Shown in pieces: positions 1-9,930 of a DNA stretch of 49,822 nucleotides (within the stretch, counting starts at the first letter, position 1; the number at the start of each line of letters is the position of its first letter). This DNA is from Flavobacteriaceae bacterium (GTDB taxonomy: Bacteria; Bacteroidota; Bacteroidia; Flavobacteriales; Flavobacteriaceae): contig JALRDC010000117.1 in NCBI GenBank assembly GCA_023262245.1, positions 1 through 49,822 on the forward strand. Direction: 5' to 3'. The position numbers were made by a program, and so were the translations under genes. The notes beneath the pieces were generated by a model. The model saw nothing but the letters and a program-made list of their open reading frames with translations. It was not told where the DNA came from and did no database searches.

Positions 1-2
1 GA

Positions 3-761
3 ATTGTTGGAGAAACCGGTGGTAAAGATTTCATCATTGCGCATCCTTCTTCAAAACCAAAAGAAGTAGCAACGGGAATCCTACGAGGCGCATTTGAATT
101 TCAAGGGCAAAAATGTTCCGCAGCCTCTCGTGTTTATCTACCACAATCCATAGCAGATGCTGTTATAACAGAGGTAAAAGCTGAATTGAAAACCATCCGT
201 ATGGGTTCGCCTGCAGATTTTAAAAACTTTGTAACTGCCGTTATACACAAAGGAGCTTATGATCGATTGGTTCAAGCTATAGAGCAAGTGAAAAAAGATG
301 CTGACGCAGAGCTAATTGCGGGAGGTAATTATGATGATTCTAAAGGATATTTTATAGAACCTACTGTAGTGGTTACTACCAATCCACAATACGATACTAT
401 GGTAAGAGAATTATTTGGTCCACTAGTAACTCTTTATATTTATCCTGATAAAGAATGGAGTAGCACCCTAGAACTGGTCGATCAAACTTCAGAATATGCA
501 CTCACTGGAGCCGTCTATTCACAAGATCGTTATGCCCTAGAAGAGGCTGTAAACGCTTTAGAAAACAGTGCTGGAAATTTTTATATCAATGACAAACCCA
601 CCGGAGCTGTTGTTGGCCAACAACCTTTTGGAGGTGCTAGAGGTTCCGGCACAAATGACAAAGCAGGATCCGCTTCCAATCTTTTGCGTTGGGTGTCTCC
701 TAGACTGATTAAAGAAACATTTGTTCCCGCATCAGATTATCGATATCCTTTTTTAGGCTAA
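3..761 (+). CDS. pruA: L-glutamate gamma-semialdehyde (1-pyrroline-5-carboxylate) dehydrogenase, 3' fragment (5' end lies outside the window)
   Basis: Frame 3 is open from the window edge. The translation starts IVGETGGKDFIIAHPS, contains the aldehyde-dehydrogenase catalytic-Cys context FEFQGQKCSAASR, and ends with the P5CDH-type tail FGGARGSGTNDKAGS. The track ORF 186..761 is only its distal part. Confidence 0.85.
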   Translation: MVGETGGKDFIIAHPSSKPKEVATGILRGAFEFQGQKCSAASRVYLPQSIADAVITEVKAELKTIRMGSPADFKNFVTAVIHKGAYDRLVQAIEQVKKDADAELIAGGNYDDSKGYFIEPTVVVTTNPQYDTMVRELFGPLVTLYIYPDKEWSSTLELVDQTSEYALTGAVYSQDRYALEEAVNALENSAGNFYINDKPTGAVVGQQPFGGARGSGTNDKAGSASNLLRWVSPRLIKETFVPASDYRYPFLG

Positions 762-831
762 AAACTTAGGCTTTTAGTGTAACAATTGCCCGCTTCAGTT
801 CGTCTTAAAGATTGAATTAAAAACCCCAATC

Positions 832-1335
832 ATGAAAAAGGCAATTATCTTTTCGCTATTCCTACTAGCTGGCTCAATCTGTTTCGGCCAATCCATACTT
901 CATTCCGATGATGATGTAGCATATCGTGTTTATAAAGAATACGATAAAAATGGAAATCTCGTCCGCTACGACTCATCAAAAGTAGATAAAAGACCTGGTT
1001 TTATTCAAAAGTTTCATTTTAACTTTAGTTCCGATTCCCTCCCTTTTGTTGAGTTTAAATTCGATTCCTTGATGAATACTAAAAGAAACTTTCTCTATAA
1101 AGGAAATGATTTTTTAGATAGCATTATTTCTCATAAATACGCTCCTAGTTCCAGAATTCTTAAGTTAGACTCTTTGTTTGAGCACCTAACACCTAATGAT
1201 TTTTACCTTGAATTTGATTCTTCTGAAAAAAGCATGGATTCTATTTTGAACCATCACTTCAACAGAATGGAAGGTCTTTTTGAGAAGTATTTTAAAAAAG
1301 AAGAAGCTTTAAAAAAGAAAAAGACCGTACTCTAA
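832..1335 (+). CDS. hypothetical secreted protein (N-terminal signal peptide)
   Basis: 167-aa ORF with an ATG start. It has a hydrophobic N-terminus, MKKAIIFSLFLLAGSICFGQ. No motif recognised. Confidence 0.6.
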   Translation: MKKAIIFSLFLLAGSICFGQSILHSDDDVAYRVYKEYDKNGNLVRYDSSKVDKRPGFIQKFHFNFSSDSLPFVEFKFDSLMNTKRNFLYKGNDFLDSIISHKYAPSSRILKLDSLFEHLTPNDFYLEFDSSEKSMDSILNHHFNRMEGLFEKYFKKEEALKKKKTVL

Positions 1336-1949
1336 AGCGGGAGGTGAACTACTTTTTTTGTCTCAAAAAAAGGATCTTCAAAAAAGCTTTGTAGCGCATA
1401 TTGCTTTGCGTTAGGAAATTCTTTTAATTCCGCTGACAAATCTCCTCCTTTGAGATAAAGTATCCCATTTTTGATTGAATGACGTTGTTCTTTTTTTATA
1501 TTTTTTGCCACCCAAGGCACAAAAGCTTCCATATGTGTAACAGCCCTGCTAACAACAAAATCAACTTTTTTTGAATAGTACTCCGCACGCATTTGTTTTG
1601 AAAAGACATTTTTCAATCCTAAAGCGGAACTAACTCCTTCTACCACTTTTATTTTTTTTCCAATACTGTCAATTAAATCAAACTGTGTATCAGGAAATAA
1701 AATTGCTAAAGGGATGCCCGGAAAACCTCCCCCCGTTCCTACATCAAGCACTTGAGTTTGCGGTTTAAATTGTATCGTTTTTGAAATTCCTAACGAATGT
1801 AAAACATGTCGTACATAAAAAGCATCCATATCTTTTCTAGAAATGACATTGATCTTAGCATTCCATTCTAAATACAATTTTAAAAGTGCCTCAAATTGAT
1901 TTTGTTGAGTCAAACTTAGGTTCGGAAAATATTTTAACAGTGTCTCCAA
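1332..1949 (-). CDS. rsmG: 16S rRNA (guanine527-N7)-methyltransferase
   Basis: 205 aa with the SAM-binding motif VLDVGTGGGFPGIPLAI and GidB-like length and architecture. The start codon at 1949 is TTG. Confidence 0.85.
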   Translation of the reverse strand: METLLKYFPNLSLTQQNQFEALLKLYLEWNAKINVISRKDMDAFYVRHVLHSLGISKTIQFKPQTQVLDVGTGGGFPGIPLAILFPDTQFDLIDSIGKKIKVVEGVSSALGLKNVFSKQMRAEYYSKKVDFVVSRAVTHMEAFVPWVAKNIKKEQRHSIKNGILYLKGGDLSAELKEFPNAKQYALQSFFEDPFFETKKVVHLPL

Positions 1950-2018
1950 TAGGTTTTTTTCAATTTCAAAGGAATTAAAAGCAAATTTTAATTTATTTTA
2001 GCTTATCAATAAAATTCT

Positions 2019-3113
2019 ATGCAAGCTACACAAAGCCTTCGCTTTTCACGTAATGACTCCAAAAATTTTTTCAAAACTTTAAACCAAAGAGTCAACAACT
2101 ATTTTAAAGAGAATAAAATTCGAAAAACAGGAAACTGGAAACTTTACCTAAAGACCGTGGTCATGTTTTCGTTACTTCTTGCTCCCTATGTACTTATTTT
2201 TATTTTGGATATTAGCCTGTGGTATAAACTCCCCATGTGTATGCTTATGGGTATTGGAATGGCTGGGGTTGGGATGAATGTGATGCACGATGGCAATCAT
2301 GGTTCATTTTCTAAACACCCATGGGTAAACAAACTTATGGGAAGCAGTATTTATATTTTAGCAGGAAATGTTTTTAATTGGAAAATACAACATAATGTTT
2401 TACACCATACCTATACCAATATTCACGGACATGATGAAGATTTAGAAGCTGGGCGAATATTAAGATTTTCAAGACATGCTAAATGGTTTCCCCACCATAA
2501 ATTTCAACATTTATATTCTGTATTTCTCTATGGCTTATTAACCATTAATTGGGCGATTTTTTCTGATTTTCAACAAATGAAACGCTACACCGCAAGAAAA
2601 CTTTCTTATTTAAACAGCAAACGTCCAAGTCTCCAATGGATGGGTTTAGTGATTACTAAAATCATCTACTTTTCAATCTGGATTGTCATTCCAATGCTTT
2701 TTCTAAATGCACCTTGGTGGGCAATACTTATTGGATTTGTAGCCATGCATTATACCGCGGGATTGATTTTGAGTTTGGTCTTTCAACTTGCTCATGTTAT
2801 TGAAGATGCAGAAATGCCTGAACCTGATAAAACGGGCGCGATGAAAAATACTTGGGCCATTCACCAACTCCTAACCACTGTGAATTTTTCTACCAAAAAT
2901 AAATTTGTCAATTGGTTTACAGGAGGACTAAATCACCAAATAGAACATCATATTTTTCCTCATATTAGTCATGTCCACTATACCAAAATTGGAGCCATCG
3001 TTAAAAAAACCGCAAAAGAATTTAACCTTCCTTATAACGAATACAAAACAACACGAAGTGCCCTTTTTTCACACTTTAAGTTTTTAAAACAAATGGGAAT
3101 GCAACCCAGCTAA
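2019..3113 (+). CDS. membrane fatty-acid desaturase (three His-box type)
   Basis: 364 aa with histidine boxes HDGNHG, HNVLHH and HQIEHH, plus hydrophobic transmembrane stretches. Confidence 0.8.
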   Translation: MQATQSLRFSRNDSKNFFKTLNQRVNNYFKENKIRKTGNWKLYLKTVVMFSLLLAPYVLIFILDISLWYKLPMCMLMGIGMAGVGMNVMHDGNHGSFSKHPWVNKLMGSSIYILAGNVFNWKIQHNVLHHTYTNIHGHDEDLEAGRILRFSRHAKWFPHHKFQHLYSVFLYGLLTINWAIFSDFQQMKRYTARKLSYLNSKRPSLQWMGLVITKIIYFSIWIVIPMLFLNAPWWAILIGFVAMHYTAGLILSLVFQLAHVIEDAEMPEPDKTGAMKNTWAIHQLLTTVNFSTKNKFVNWFTGGLNHQIEHHIFPHISHVHYTKIGAIVKKTAKEFNLPYNEYKTTRSALFSHFKFLKQMGMQPS

Positions 3114-3122
3114 TATATTTTA

Positions 3123-4307
3123 ATGGATTTACTTTCAGCAAGAATAAACAGCCTTCCAGTTTCAGCTACCCTAGCTATGGCTGCCAAGGCAAGAGAGCTC
3201 AAAAATAGTGGGATAGACGTTATTGGATTGAGCTTAGGAGAACCCGATTTCAATACCCCAGAATTTATAAAAGACGCTGCTATACAAGCGGTTGAAGACA
3301 ATTGGAATTCTTACTCCCCTGTAGATGGTTATGCAGACCTTAAAGAGGCTATTTGCAATAAATTTAAAAGAGATAATAACGTAATTTACCAACCTTCTCA
3401 AATCGTAGTTTCAACTGGAGCCAAACAATCTATTGCAAATGTTTGTATGGTATTGTTAAACCCTGGAGACGAAGTCTTGCTTCCCGCTCCTTATTGGGTA
3501 AGTTACTCGGCTATTGCTACTCTTGCAGAAGCAAAATCAACCGTTATTCCTTCTTCTATTGAAACTGATTTTAAAATCACTCCTGAGCAACTGGAGGCAG
3601 CTATAACCCCCAAAACAAAGCTAGTGATTTTTAACTCACCCAACAATCCCAGCGGAACAATTTATACCGAGGAGGAATACCGCGCTTTAGGAAACGTTTT
3701 GAAAAAATATCCTGATATTTTCATTCTGTCAGACGAAATATATGAACATATCAATTATGGTACACCGCATTTTAGCATTGCAGCCATCCCTGAACTTTAT
3801 GATCGAACCATTACGGTTAATGGGGTTGCCAAGGCCTTTGCTATGACCGGATGGCGTATTGGGTACATAGGTGCTCCGGAATGGTTGGCAAAAGCCTGTA
3901 ATAAAATGCAAGGTCAAATTACTTCAGGGGCCAATTGTATCGCTCAAAGAGCAACAATTGCTGCTCTAGATGCTCCTGTAAGCAATATTCAATATATGAT
4001 TGATGAGTTTGCCAAACGAAGAGAAATCATTATTGGGTTGTTAAAAGCCATTCCTGGTATTCAAATTAATCAACCCCAAGGGGCCTTTTATGTTTTCCCA
4101 GACGTTTCCTACTATTTTGGAAAAACACTAAAAGGTAAAAAAATTGAAAACGCTTCAGATTTTGCCTTATATCTTTTGGAAGAAGCACATGTGGCAACTG
4201 TTACCGGAGATGCATTCGGAAATGGAGACTGTATTAGAATCTCCTATGCAGCCTCAGAAGAAAACATTAGGAATGCAATAGATCGAATTGCTAAGGCACT
4301 CCAATAG
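3123..4307 (+). CDS. aspC: class I pyridoxal-phosphate aminotransferase (aspartate/aromatic aminotransferase-like)
   Basis: 394 aa. The motifs LSLGEPDF, NSPNNPSG and NGVAKAFAMTGWRIGY (PLP-lysine region) are typical of AspC-type enzymes. Confidence 0.8.
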   Translation: MDLLSARINSLPVSATLAMAAKARELKNSGIDVIGLSLGEPDFNTPEFIKDAAIQAVEDNWNSYSPVDGYADLKEAICNKFKRDNNVIYQPSQIVVSTGAKQSIANVCMVLLNPGDEVLLPAPYWVSYSAIATLAEAKSTVIPSSIETDFKITPEQLEAAITPKTKLVIFNSPNNPSGTIYTEEEYRALGNVLKKYPDIFILSDEIYEHINYGTPHFSIAAIPELYDRTITVNGVAKAFAMTGWRIGYIGAPEWLAKACNKMQGQITSGANCIAQRATIAALDAPVSNIQYMIDEFAKRREIIIGLLKAIPGIQINQPQGAFYVFPDVSYYFGKTLKGKKIENASDFALYLLEEAHVATVTGDAFGNGDCIRISYAASEENIRNAIDRIAKALQ

Positions 4308-4359
4308 TTTTCCTCTGAGTATAAACCTTTTACTTTTGTTCATTCAATATGAATCCTAA

Positions 4360-5313
4360 GTGATTACAACAGATTTAAACTTAGTAAAAAAAGCACTCAT
4401 AGAAGGGGAGCTCGTTGCTATTCCTACAGAAACGGTCTATGGTCTCGCAGCTAATGCGTTTAAGGCAACTTGCGTTGATAAGATCTTTGAATTAAAACAA
4501 CGCCCTGCAAACAATCCTTTGATTGTGCATATTCCTAGTCTCGAATTTCTGTCTCAAGTAGCATGTGAGATCCCTGAGATTGCAAAACGTTTAGCAACTG
4601 CTTTTTGGCCTGGCCCGCTAACTTTAGTTTTAAAAAAACAAGTAGTCATTCCAGATCGGGTAACAGCTGGGAGGGATACGGTAGGCATTCGCATCCCTAA
4701 GCATCCCCTGGCCTTAAAACTCTTGCAACAACTCGATTTTCCGCTTGCTGCGCCCAGTGCCAATCCCTTTAGTGCTATTAGCCCTACAACTGCGGTTCAT
4801 GTTCACAATGCTTTTCAAGATAAATTAAAATTTATACTAGACGGGGGACCCTGTGAACGAGGATTGGAATCTACTATCATCGGATTTGAAAATGATCAAG
4901 CGGTTCTTTATCGGCATGGAGCGATAAGTCTAGAAGCTATAGAAGAGGTTGTCGGAAAAATACCTGTCAAAAACAACAATGAAGAAAACCCTGAGGCTCC
5001 GGGTATGCTTTCCAAACACTACGCACCTAAAACACCTATTTTACTTAGTAAAGAAATAGCAAAAGAGGTGAAAAATCATAGTTCCAAAAAACTAGGTCTA
5101 TTATTGTTTAAGGATTCGCAAGGTTTGGATAAGCTGCATCAGGTCAAAGTTTTATCGCTAAAAGGAGATCTAAAAGAAGCTGCAAAAAAATTATATACCT
5201 CACTTCATCAATTAGATCAATTGGATCTTGACTTAATCCTAACGGAATACTTTCCTGAAAATGATCTAGGAAGAACCATAAATGATCGTTTAAAAAGAGC
5301 CGTTAAAAAATAG
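4360..5313 (+). CDS. sua5: L-threonylcarbamoyladenylate synthase (Sua5/YwlC long form)
   Basis: 317 aa with a GTG start. It has the YrdC-domain motif IPTETVYGLAANA and SANPFSAISPT, plus a C-terminal Sua5-type extension. Confidence 0.8.
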   Translation: MITTDLNLVKKALIEGELVAIPTETVYGLAANAFKATCVDKIFELKQRPANNPLIVHIPSLEFLSQVACEIPEIAKRLATAFWPGPLTLVLKKQVVIPDRVTAGRDTVGIRIPKHPLALKLLQQLDFPLAAPSANPFSAISPTTAVHVHNAFQDKLKFILDGGPCERGLESTIIGFENDQAVLYRHGAISLEAIEEVVGKIPVKNNNEENPEAPGMLSKHYAPKTPILLSKEIAKEVKNHSSKKLGLLLFKDSQGLDKLHQVKVLSLKGDLKEAAKKLYTSLHQLDQLDLDLILTEYFPENDLGRTINDRLKRAVKK

Positions 5314-5337
5314 TCCTAAAGCGGGGGAAATCTTTTG

Positions 5338-5913
5338 CTAACTTTTATTTTTTAACTCTTGATAATATTTAGCAACTGCAAGGTTGTGCCAAGGAACAAC
5401 AACAAAGACACCTACAATAAAAAAAAGCAAACCCAAAAGGTAATAAGGTATGAAACGAAGGTGGAGTACAAACAATTCCATTTTATTCCCCTCCATTTGT
5501 TTCCAACTCATTTCCATGGCATCGCTAAATGACATCTCTGTATTTTCAGCAAGTATGTAATAACTCATTGAAAATCCTAAACTTATGATAATTCCTGGAA
5601 TGATAAGAAACACAAGTCCTAAAAGTGTCAAAGCGTTGATGATAAAAAAAAGGAGTAAGGCATTGAGAAGCGGCTTAAACCCCTCAAAAAGATCAAAAAA
5701 TGAGGGGGTGCTTCCTTTGATAATCTTTAAAAAATACATGCAAAGCCCTAGTTGTAAGGGTCCTGCAATCAATAGGGAGAGTAACTCTCCATAAGTATTT
5801 AGCTCTGAAGGAACGGCTATCAATAATCCATAAACCAAACAAACACCTGTTGATAACGCCCAAAAGGGTTTTAATTCATTTAGGGCTTTTTTCATCAGAG
5901 TGGATAAGTCCAT
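5338..5913 (-). CDS. DUF975-like integral membrane protein
   Basis: 191 aa with several hydrophobic helices. The overall pattern resembles DUF975 proteins. Assignment by eye only. Confidence 0.5.
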   Translation of the reverse strand: MDLSTLMKKALNELKPFWALSTGVCLVYGLLIAVPSELNTYGELLSLLIAGPLQLGLCMYFLKIIKGSTPSFFDLFEGFKPLLNALLLFFIINALTLLGLVFLIIPGIIISLGFSMSYYILAENTEMSFSDAMEMSWKQMEGNKMELFVLHLRFIPYYLLGLLFFIVGVFVVVPWHNLAVAKYYQELKNKS

Positions 5914-5929
5914 AAATTTAATTTTAAGA

Positions 5930-7012
5930 TTATGAATTCAATATTTTTTCTTGCTGATTGATAGACTCCTGGTGAATAGCTTTAAACACTCTAAGTATAA
6001 ATTCTTCAGATAATTTGCGCTCTTGTCCTTCAAGTATCATCCTGCCTAAGATTTCATTCCAGCGCTTATTCTGAAGAACCGCTACGTTATTCTCCTTTTT
6101 TAACTTTCCGATTTGACCAGAAACTTGCATGCGCTTACCAAGTGTATCAAGCAGGGTTTGATCCATTACATCAATTTGAGCCCTTAGGTTATTCAATTCA
6201 TTTTGATAATTCTCTTCATTAGTCGTTTCTTTCCTTACTTTCAAATCTTTCATGATTTCAACTAAGCGTGTAGGGGTAACTTGTTGTGCTGCGTCACTCC
6301 ATGCGTTGTCAGGATCCCAATGGGACTCAATCATCAATCCATCAAAATTTAAATCAAGTGCTGCTTGTGAAACATCAAAAATCAGATCTCTTCTTCCTGA
6401 GATGTGTGAGGGATCACAAATCATAGGAAGGTCCGGAAACCTGTTCTTTACTTCTATGGCAATTTGCCATTCGGGAATGTTTCTGTATTTGGTTTTTTCA
6501 TAAGTAGAAAAACCTCTGTGTATTAAACCTAACTTTTTGATATTTGATGAATACAGACGCTCTACACCACCCAACCAGAGGGCCAAATCAGGGTTTACAG
6601 GATTTTTTACCAAGACAATTTTATCTGTTCCTTCTAAAGCATCTGCAATTTCTTGCATGATAAATGGACTAACAGTAGAACGCGCCCCGATCCATAAAAT
6701 ATCTATATCGTTTTCTAAAGCCAGTTTTACATGGTCTTTGTTTGCTACCTCGGTTGCGGTTAACAGCCCAGTCTCTTCTTTTACCTTTTTTAGCCAACCA
6801 AGACCAATAGCACCTACACCCTCAAACATCCCAGGGCGGGTTCTAGGTTTCCAAATTCCAGCGCGGTAAACCGTTACATCGGTATCTTTGAGTTCATGAG
6901 CAATTTTAAGTACTTGTTCTTCAGTTTCTGCGCTACAAGGACCTCCAATGACAAGGGGGTGATTTAATCCAAAGTCATCTAACCATTGGCGCATTTCTTT
7001 TTTGTTTTCCAT
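5930..7012 (-). CDS. bifunctional 3-deoxy-7-phosphoheptulonate (DAHP) synthase / chorismate mutase
   Basis: It has an N-terminal KDO8PS-like type I-beta DAHPS core (GPCSAE, ICDPSH) and a C-terminal AroQ chorismate-mutase-like helix region (LRAQIDVMDQTLLDTLGKRMQVSGQIGKLK). The track start at 7045 would overlap tyrA, so the ATG at 7012 (MENKKEM) is preferred. Confidence 0.85.
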   Translation of the reverse strand: MENKKEMRQWLDDFGLNHPLVIGGPCSAETEEQVLKIAHELKDTDVTVYRAGIWKPRTRPGMFEGVGAIGLGWLKKVKEETGLLTATEVANKDHVKLALENDIDILWIGARSTVSPFIMQEIADALEGTDKIVLVKNPVNPDLALWLGGVERLYSSNIKKLGLIHRGFSTYEKTKYRNIPEWQIAIEVKNRFPDLPMICDPSHISGRRDLIFDVSQAALDLNFDGLMIESHWDPDNAWSDAAQQVTPTRLVEIMKDLKVRKETTNEENYQNELNNLRAQIDVMDQTLLDTLGKRMQVSGQIGKLKKENNVAVLQNKRWNEILGRMILEGQERKLSEEFILRVFKAIHQESINQQEKILNS

Positions 7013-7025
7013 CTTTAAGGTATTT

Positions 7026-7889
7026 CTAGTTGTTATTGGTTTCATTAATTCCTGCCAAAATTGTTTTTATGGCATTTGTTTGTTCCATTTTTTTATTGAT
7101 CGCTTCGTAGTCGTTTTGTTCCATAAGAGATTTAAACTCTTGCAGATTTGCAATGTATTCCTCTAGTACTTCTAAAATATTATCTTGATTTTGTTTAAAA
7201 ATAGGCGTCCACATAGCTGGAGAGCTTTTTGCCAAACGTACGGTAGATTCAAAACCACTCCCCGCCATATTAAAAATAGTTCGTTCATCCTTTTCTTTTT
7301 CCATAACGGTTTTTCCTAGCATGAACGAAGAGATATGGGAGATATGGGATACATAGGCAATGTGTTTATCATGTTCTTTTGGATCCATTTCTTGGAGTTG
7401 CATTTCCATCTTATTGAACCATTGTACCGCCCATTCCAAAAGATCAGGTCTTGTTTTATGAGTTTCACATAAAATTTGCGCCTTGCCAGTATACAGGTTT
7501 TCAAAAGCAGCGGAGGGACCAGAAAATTCTGTTCCAGCGATGGGGTGTGTAGCTAAAAACTGATTGCGCTTTGGGTGTAATTCTAGCGTAGAACAAATCA
7601 TTGATTTTGTTGAACCTACATCTATTAGTAAGGCATTATCATTCATTTGATCTAGCAAGGAAATTACTCTTGTAACTGAAGCGTCAACGGGTATTGCTAG
7701 GAGGATGACATCCATAGCGGCATAATTTTGACTATTTAAAGTTTCATCTATGAGTTCCAATTCCAAAGCCTGGACTAAATGAGCACGCTTTTGGTCTTCA
7801 CCATACAAACGGATGTTGTTCAAATGTTTTCTAGCAGCCAATGCAAATGAACCGCCTATTAATCCCAAGCCTATAAATCCTATATTCAT
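7026..7889 (-). CDS. tyrA: prephenate dehydrogenase
   Basis: 287 aa with an N-terminal Rossmann motif IGFIGLGLIGGS and the HPIAG motif. It lies within an aromatic amino-acid operon. Confidence 0.85.
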   Translation of the reverse strand: MNIGFIGLGLIGGSFALAARKHLNNIRLYGEDQKRAHLVQALELELIDETLNSQNYAAMDVILLAIPVDASVTRVISLLDQMNDNALLIDVGSTKSMICSTLELHPKRNQFLATHPIAGTEFSGPSAAFENLYTGKAQILCETHKTRPDLLEWAVQWFNKMEMQLQEMDPKEHDKHIAYVSHISHISSFMLGKTVMEKEKDERTIFNMAGSGFESTVRLAKSSPAMWTPIFKQNQDNILEVLEEYIANLQEFKSLMEQNDYEAINKKMEQTNAIKTILAGINETNNN

Positions 7890-9037
7890 GATTCAAAACG
7901 TTTTATTGCTTCCTCTATGGTCGTTTCCGGAACACAGAGTGAAAATCGGATGTAGCCGGCACCTCCATTTCCAAAGATAGTCCCTGGAGTGATGAAGACA
8001 TGCTGCTCTTGTAAGATTTTATCAATAAAGGCTTCCGAATCTAAATTTTTCTCAGGAAGCTTTGCCCAAAGAAAGAGTCCTACACTTTCGGGTTCTATCT
8101 TCACGCCTAATTTGTTTGCCAATTCTTCCATTCGAGACCTTCTTCTTTGATAGATTTCGTTCAGTTTTGAAAACCAATCTGGGGACATTTCTAAGGCTGC
8201 TATGGCTCCTTGCTGAAGTCCGTAAAACATTCCCGAGTCCATATTGCTTTTCACTTTTAAAACTTCTTTTAAAACTGCTGCTTTACCAGAAAGCATTCCA
8301 ACACGCCAGCCTGCCATATTAAAAGACTTACTTAATGAATTCAATTCTACTGTTACTTCTTTTGCTCCTGGACGTGAAAGGATACTTTGAGGTTTTTGAG
8401 TCAATACAAAACTATAAGGATTGTCATTAACCAATAAAATATCACGCTCTTTTGCCCAGGCAATTAACCGATCAAAGGTTTCGATTTTTGCATCGGCTCC
8501 AGTTGGCATATGGGGATAATTTAACCACATGATTTTTACCTTAGAGGTATCCATCGCTTCCAAGGACTTAAAATCGGGTTGCCAGCGAGTTTGGGCTTCT
8601 AAATCATAAAGTACAACTTCCGCTTCCATCAACTGAGTTACGGAAGCATAAGTGGGATATCCAGGGTTGGGAATTAATACTTGATCTCCAGGGTTTAAAA
8701 AGGCCATAGAAATGTGCATGATGCCTTCTTTTGAACCCATCAATGGAAGTACTTCGTTTTGGTAATCTAAATCTACATTATAATGTTTTTTATAAAAACT
8801 ACTGATTGCCGCTCTTAATTCAGGAATTCCCTGATAGCTTTGATACATATGTGCCTTAGGATGGTTTAGTGCTTGCCTTAAGCTTTCAATTACCTTTGGA
8901 TGGGGCTGTAGGTCTGGACTGCCAATTCCCATATTGATTACCGGATGACCCGCTTTAATCATTTGGGCTACTTCTCTAAGTTTTCGAGAAAAATAGTATT
9001 CTTGGACACTCGCTAAACGGTTTGCAGTTGCTTTCAT
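7886..9037 (-). CDS. class I/II PLP aminotransferase (probable aromatic/prephenate aminotransferase)
   Basis: 383 aa with motifs MGIGSPD, NYPHMPTG and LSKSFNMAGWRVG. It has 4-nt start/stop overlaps with pheA upstream and tyrA downstream. Confidence 0.8.
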   Translation of the reverse strand: MKATANRLASVQEYYFSRKLREVAQMIKAGHPVINMGIGSPDLQPHPKVIESLRQALNHPKAHMYQSYQGIPELRAAISSFYKKHYNVDLDYQNEVLPLMGSKEGIMHISMAFLNPGDQVLIPNPGYPTYASVTQLMEAEVVLYDLEAQTRWQPDFKSLEAMDTSKVKIMWLNYPHMPTGADAKIETFDRLIAWAKERDILLVNDNPYSFVLTQKPQSILSRPGAKEVTVELNSLSKSFNMAGWRVGMLSGKAAVLKEVLKVKSNMDSGMFYGLQQGAIAALEMSPDWFSKLNEIYQRRRSRMEELANKLGVKIEPESVGLFLWAKLPEKNLDSEAFIDKILQEQHVFITPGTIFGNGGAGYIRFSLCVPETTIEEAIKRFES

Positions 9038-9867
9038 CTTTTGTGTTGAGCGTATTCACCCAATATTTTAAATTTTGAAGCCATAATGGCAAGGAGCTTT
9101 CGTGCCTTCTCATAGTGAGAAAAGTCATCAAATGTAACATCTACAAAAAAGGCATATTTCCCCGGGGTTTCAATTACAGGAAGGGATTGTATTTTGGTCA
9201 AATTAAGTTGACAGTCACTCATCACATTAAGAACAGCTGCCAAACTCCCACGTTGATGATCCAAGATAAATTTTAAAGCGGCTTTATTGACCTTATTTTG
9301 AGGGACAAGAGTTCCCTTTTTTTGGATAATGACAAAGCGAGTGACGTTGTTTTTTATGGTTTGTATAGAAGTAGCAAATACTTTTAAACCAAAAAGAGTT
9401 GCTGCTTCTTTACTGGCAATTGCTCCGATGCCTTTCAATTGGTTTTCTGCAATGCGCTGTGCTTCTTCAGCTGTATCTTCAGACTCTACCAAACGGATAT
9501 GAGGATAATCTTTGAAAAAGTTTTTACACTGCAATAAAGCCATTGGATGAGAGTGAACTTCTTGGATATCCTCAATGGTTTGTCCCGAAAGACCCATAAA
9601 ATTGTGATGTATGCTTAATCCGTATTCCCCTACAATTTGTAAATCATTTTGATCGATTAAGGCATAATTAGGAATAATGGATCCTGCAATTGAATTTTCA
9701 ATAGCCATTACTGCTTGGTCTGCAGTTCCTTGAAGAACAGCATTTACAGAAGCATCAAAAGTATCACAAGCTACTAAGGACAGTTGTTCGCCAAAGTATT
9801 TTTTTGCGACAAGATGGTGAAACGATCCTTGTTTTCCTTGTATGGCTACTGTTATTTTGGTTTCCAT
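9034..9867 (-). CDS. pheA: prephenate dehydratase
   Basis: It has a PDT domain plus a C-terminal ACT-like region (GSLAAVLNVM, YAFFVD). The track start at 9876 is a TTG lying inside the U-tract of the upstream hairpin, so the ATG at 9867 (METKITVAIQG) is preferred. Confidence 0.85.
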   Translation of the reverse strand: METKITVAIQGKQGSFHHLVAKKYFGEQLSLVACDTFDASVNAVLQGTADQAVMAIENSIAGSIIPNYALIDQNDLQIVGEYGLSIHHNFMGLSGQTIEDIQEVHSHPMALLQCKNFFKDYPHIRLVESEDTAEEAQRIAENQLKGIGAIASKEAATLFGLKVFATSIQTIKNNVTRFVIIQKKGTLVPQNKVNKAALKFILDHQRGSLAAVLNVMSDCQLNLTKIQSLPVIETPGKYAFFVDVTFDDFSHYEKARKLLAIMASKFKILGEYAQHKR

Positions 9868-9874
9868 TGAGTTC

Positions 9875-9903
9875 AAAAAAAAAGTCCCGATGGCATCAGG
9901 ACT
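9875..9903 (-). terminator. intrinsic terminator (attenuator) immediately upstream of pheA
   Basis: The minus-strand RNA reads AGUCCUGAU-GCC-AUCGGGACU, a 9-bp stem with one G-U pair and a 3-nt loop. It is followed by a U run (9 consecutive T's counting the last stem base). The U run ends 8 nt before the pheA ATG. Confidence 0.7.
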
Positions 9904-9930
9904 TTATTATCTTATATTATTGATTAATTA

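Noticed and set aside
1332-1341. The identical 10-mer CTAAAGCGGG occurs at two convergent gene junctions (1332..1341 and 5316..5325), which could be a REP-like or terminator element.
   Set aside because: Many identical 10-mer pairs are expected by chance in about 50 kb. The first copy is simply the C-terminal coding sequence of rsmG, no palindrome or extended similarity surrounds either copy, and I noticed no further copies.
9868-9876. TTG- or GTG-extended N-termini offered by the ORF track: pheA 9876, amidohydrolase 43065, CotH-like 38052, esterase-like 43114, class-V aminotransferase 30085, DAHP synthase 7045, metH 16947.
   Set aside because: In each case a nearby in-frame ATG gives a sensible N-terminus (a signal peptide or a conserved start). 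It also removes an overlap with a neighbouring gene or regulatory hairpin. The extensions are retained only as alternatives.
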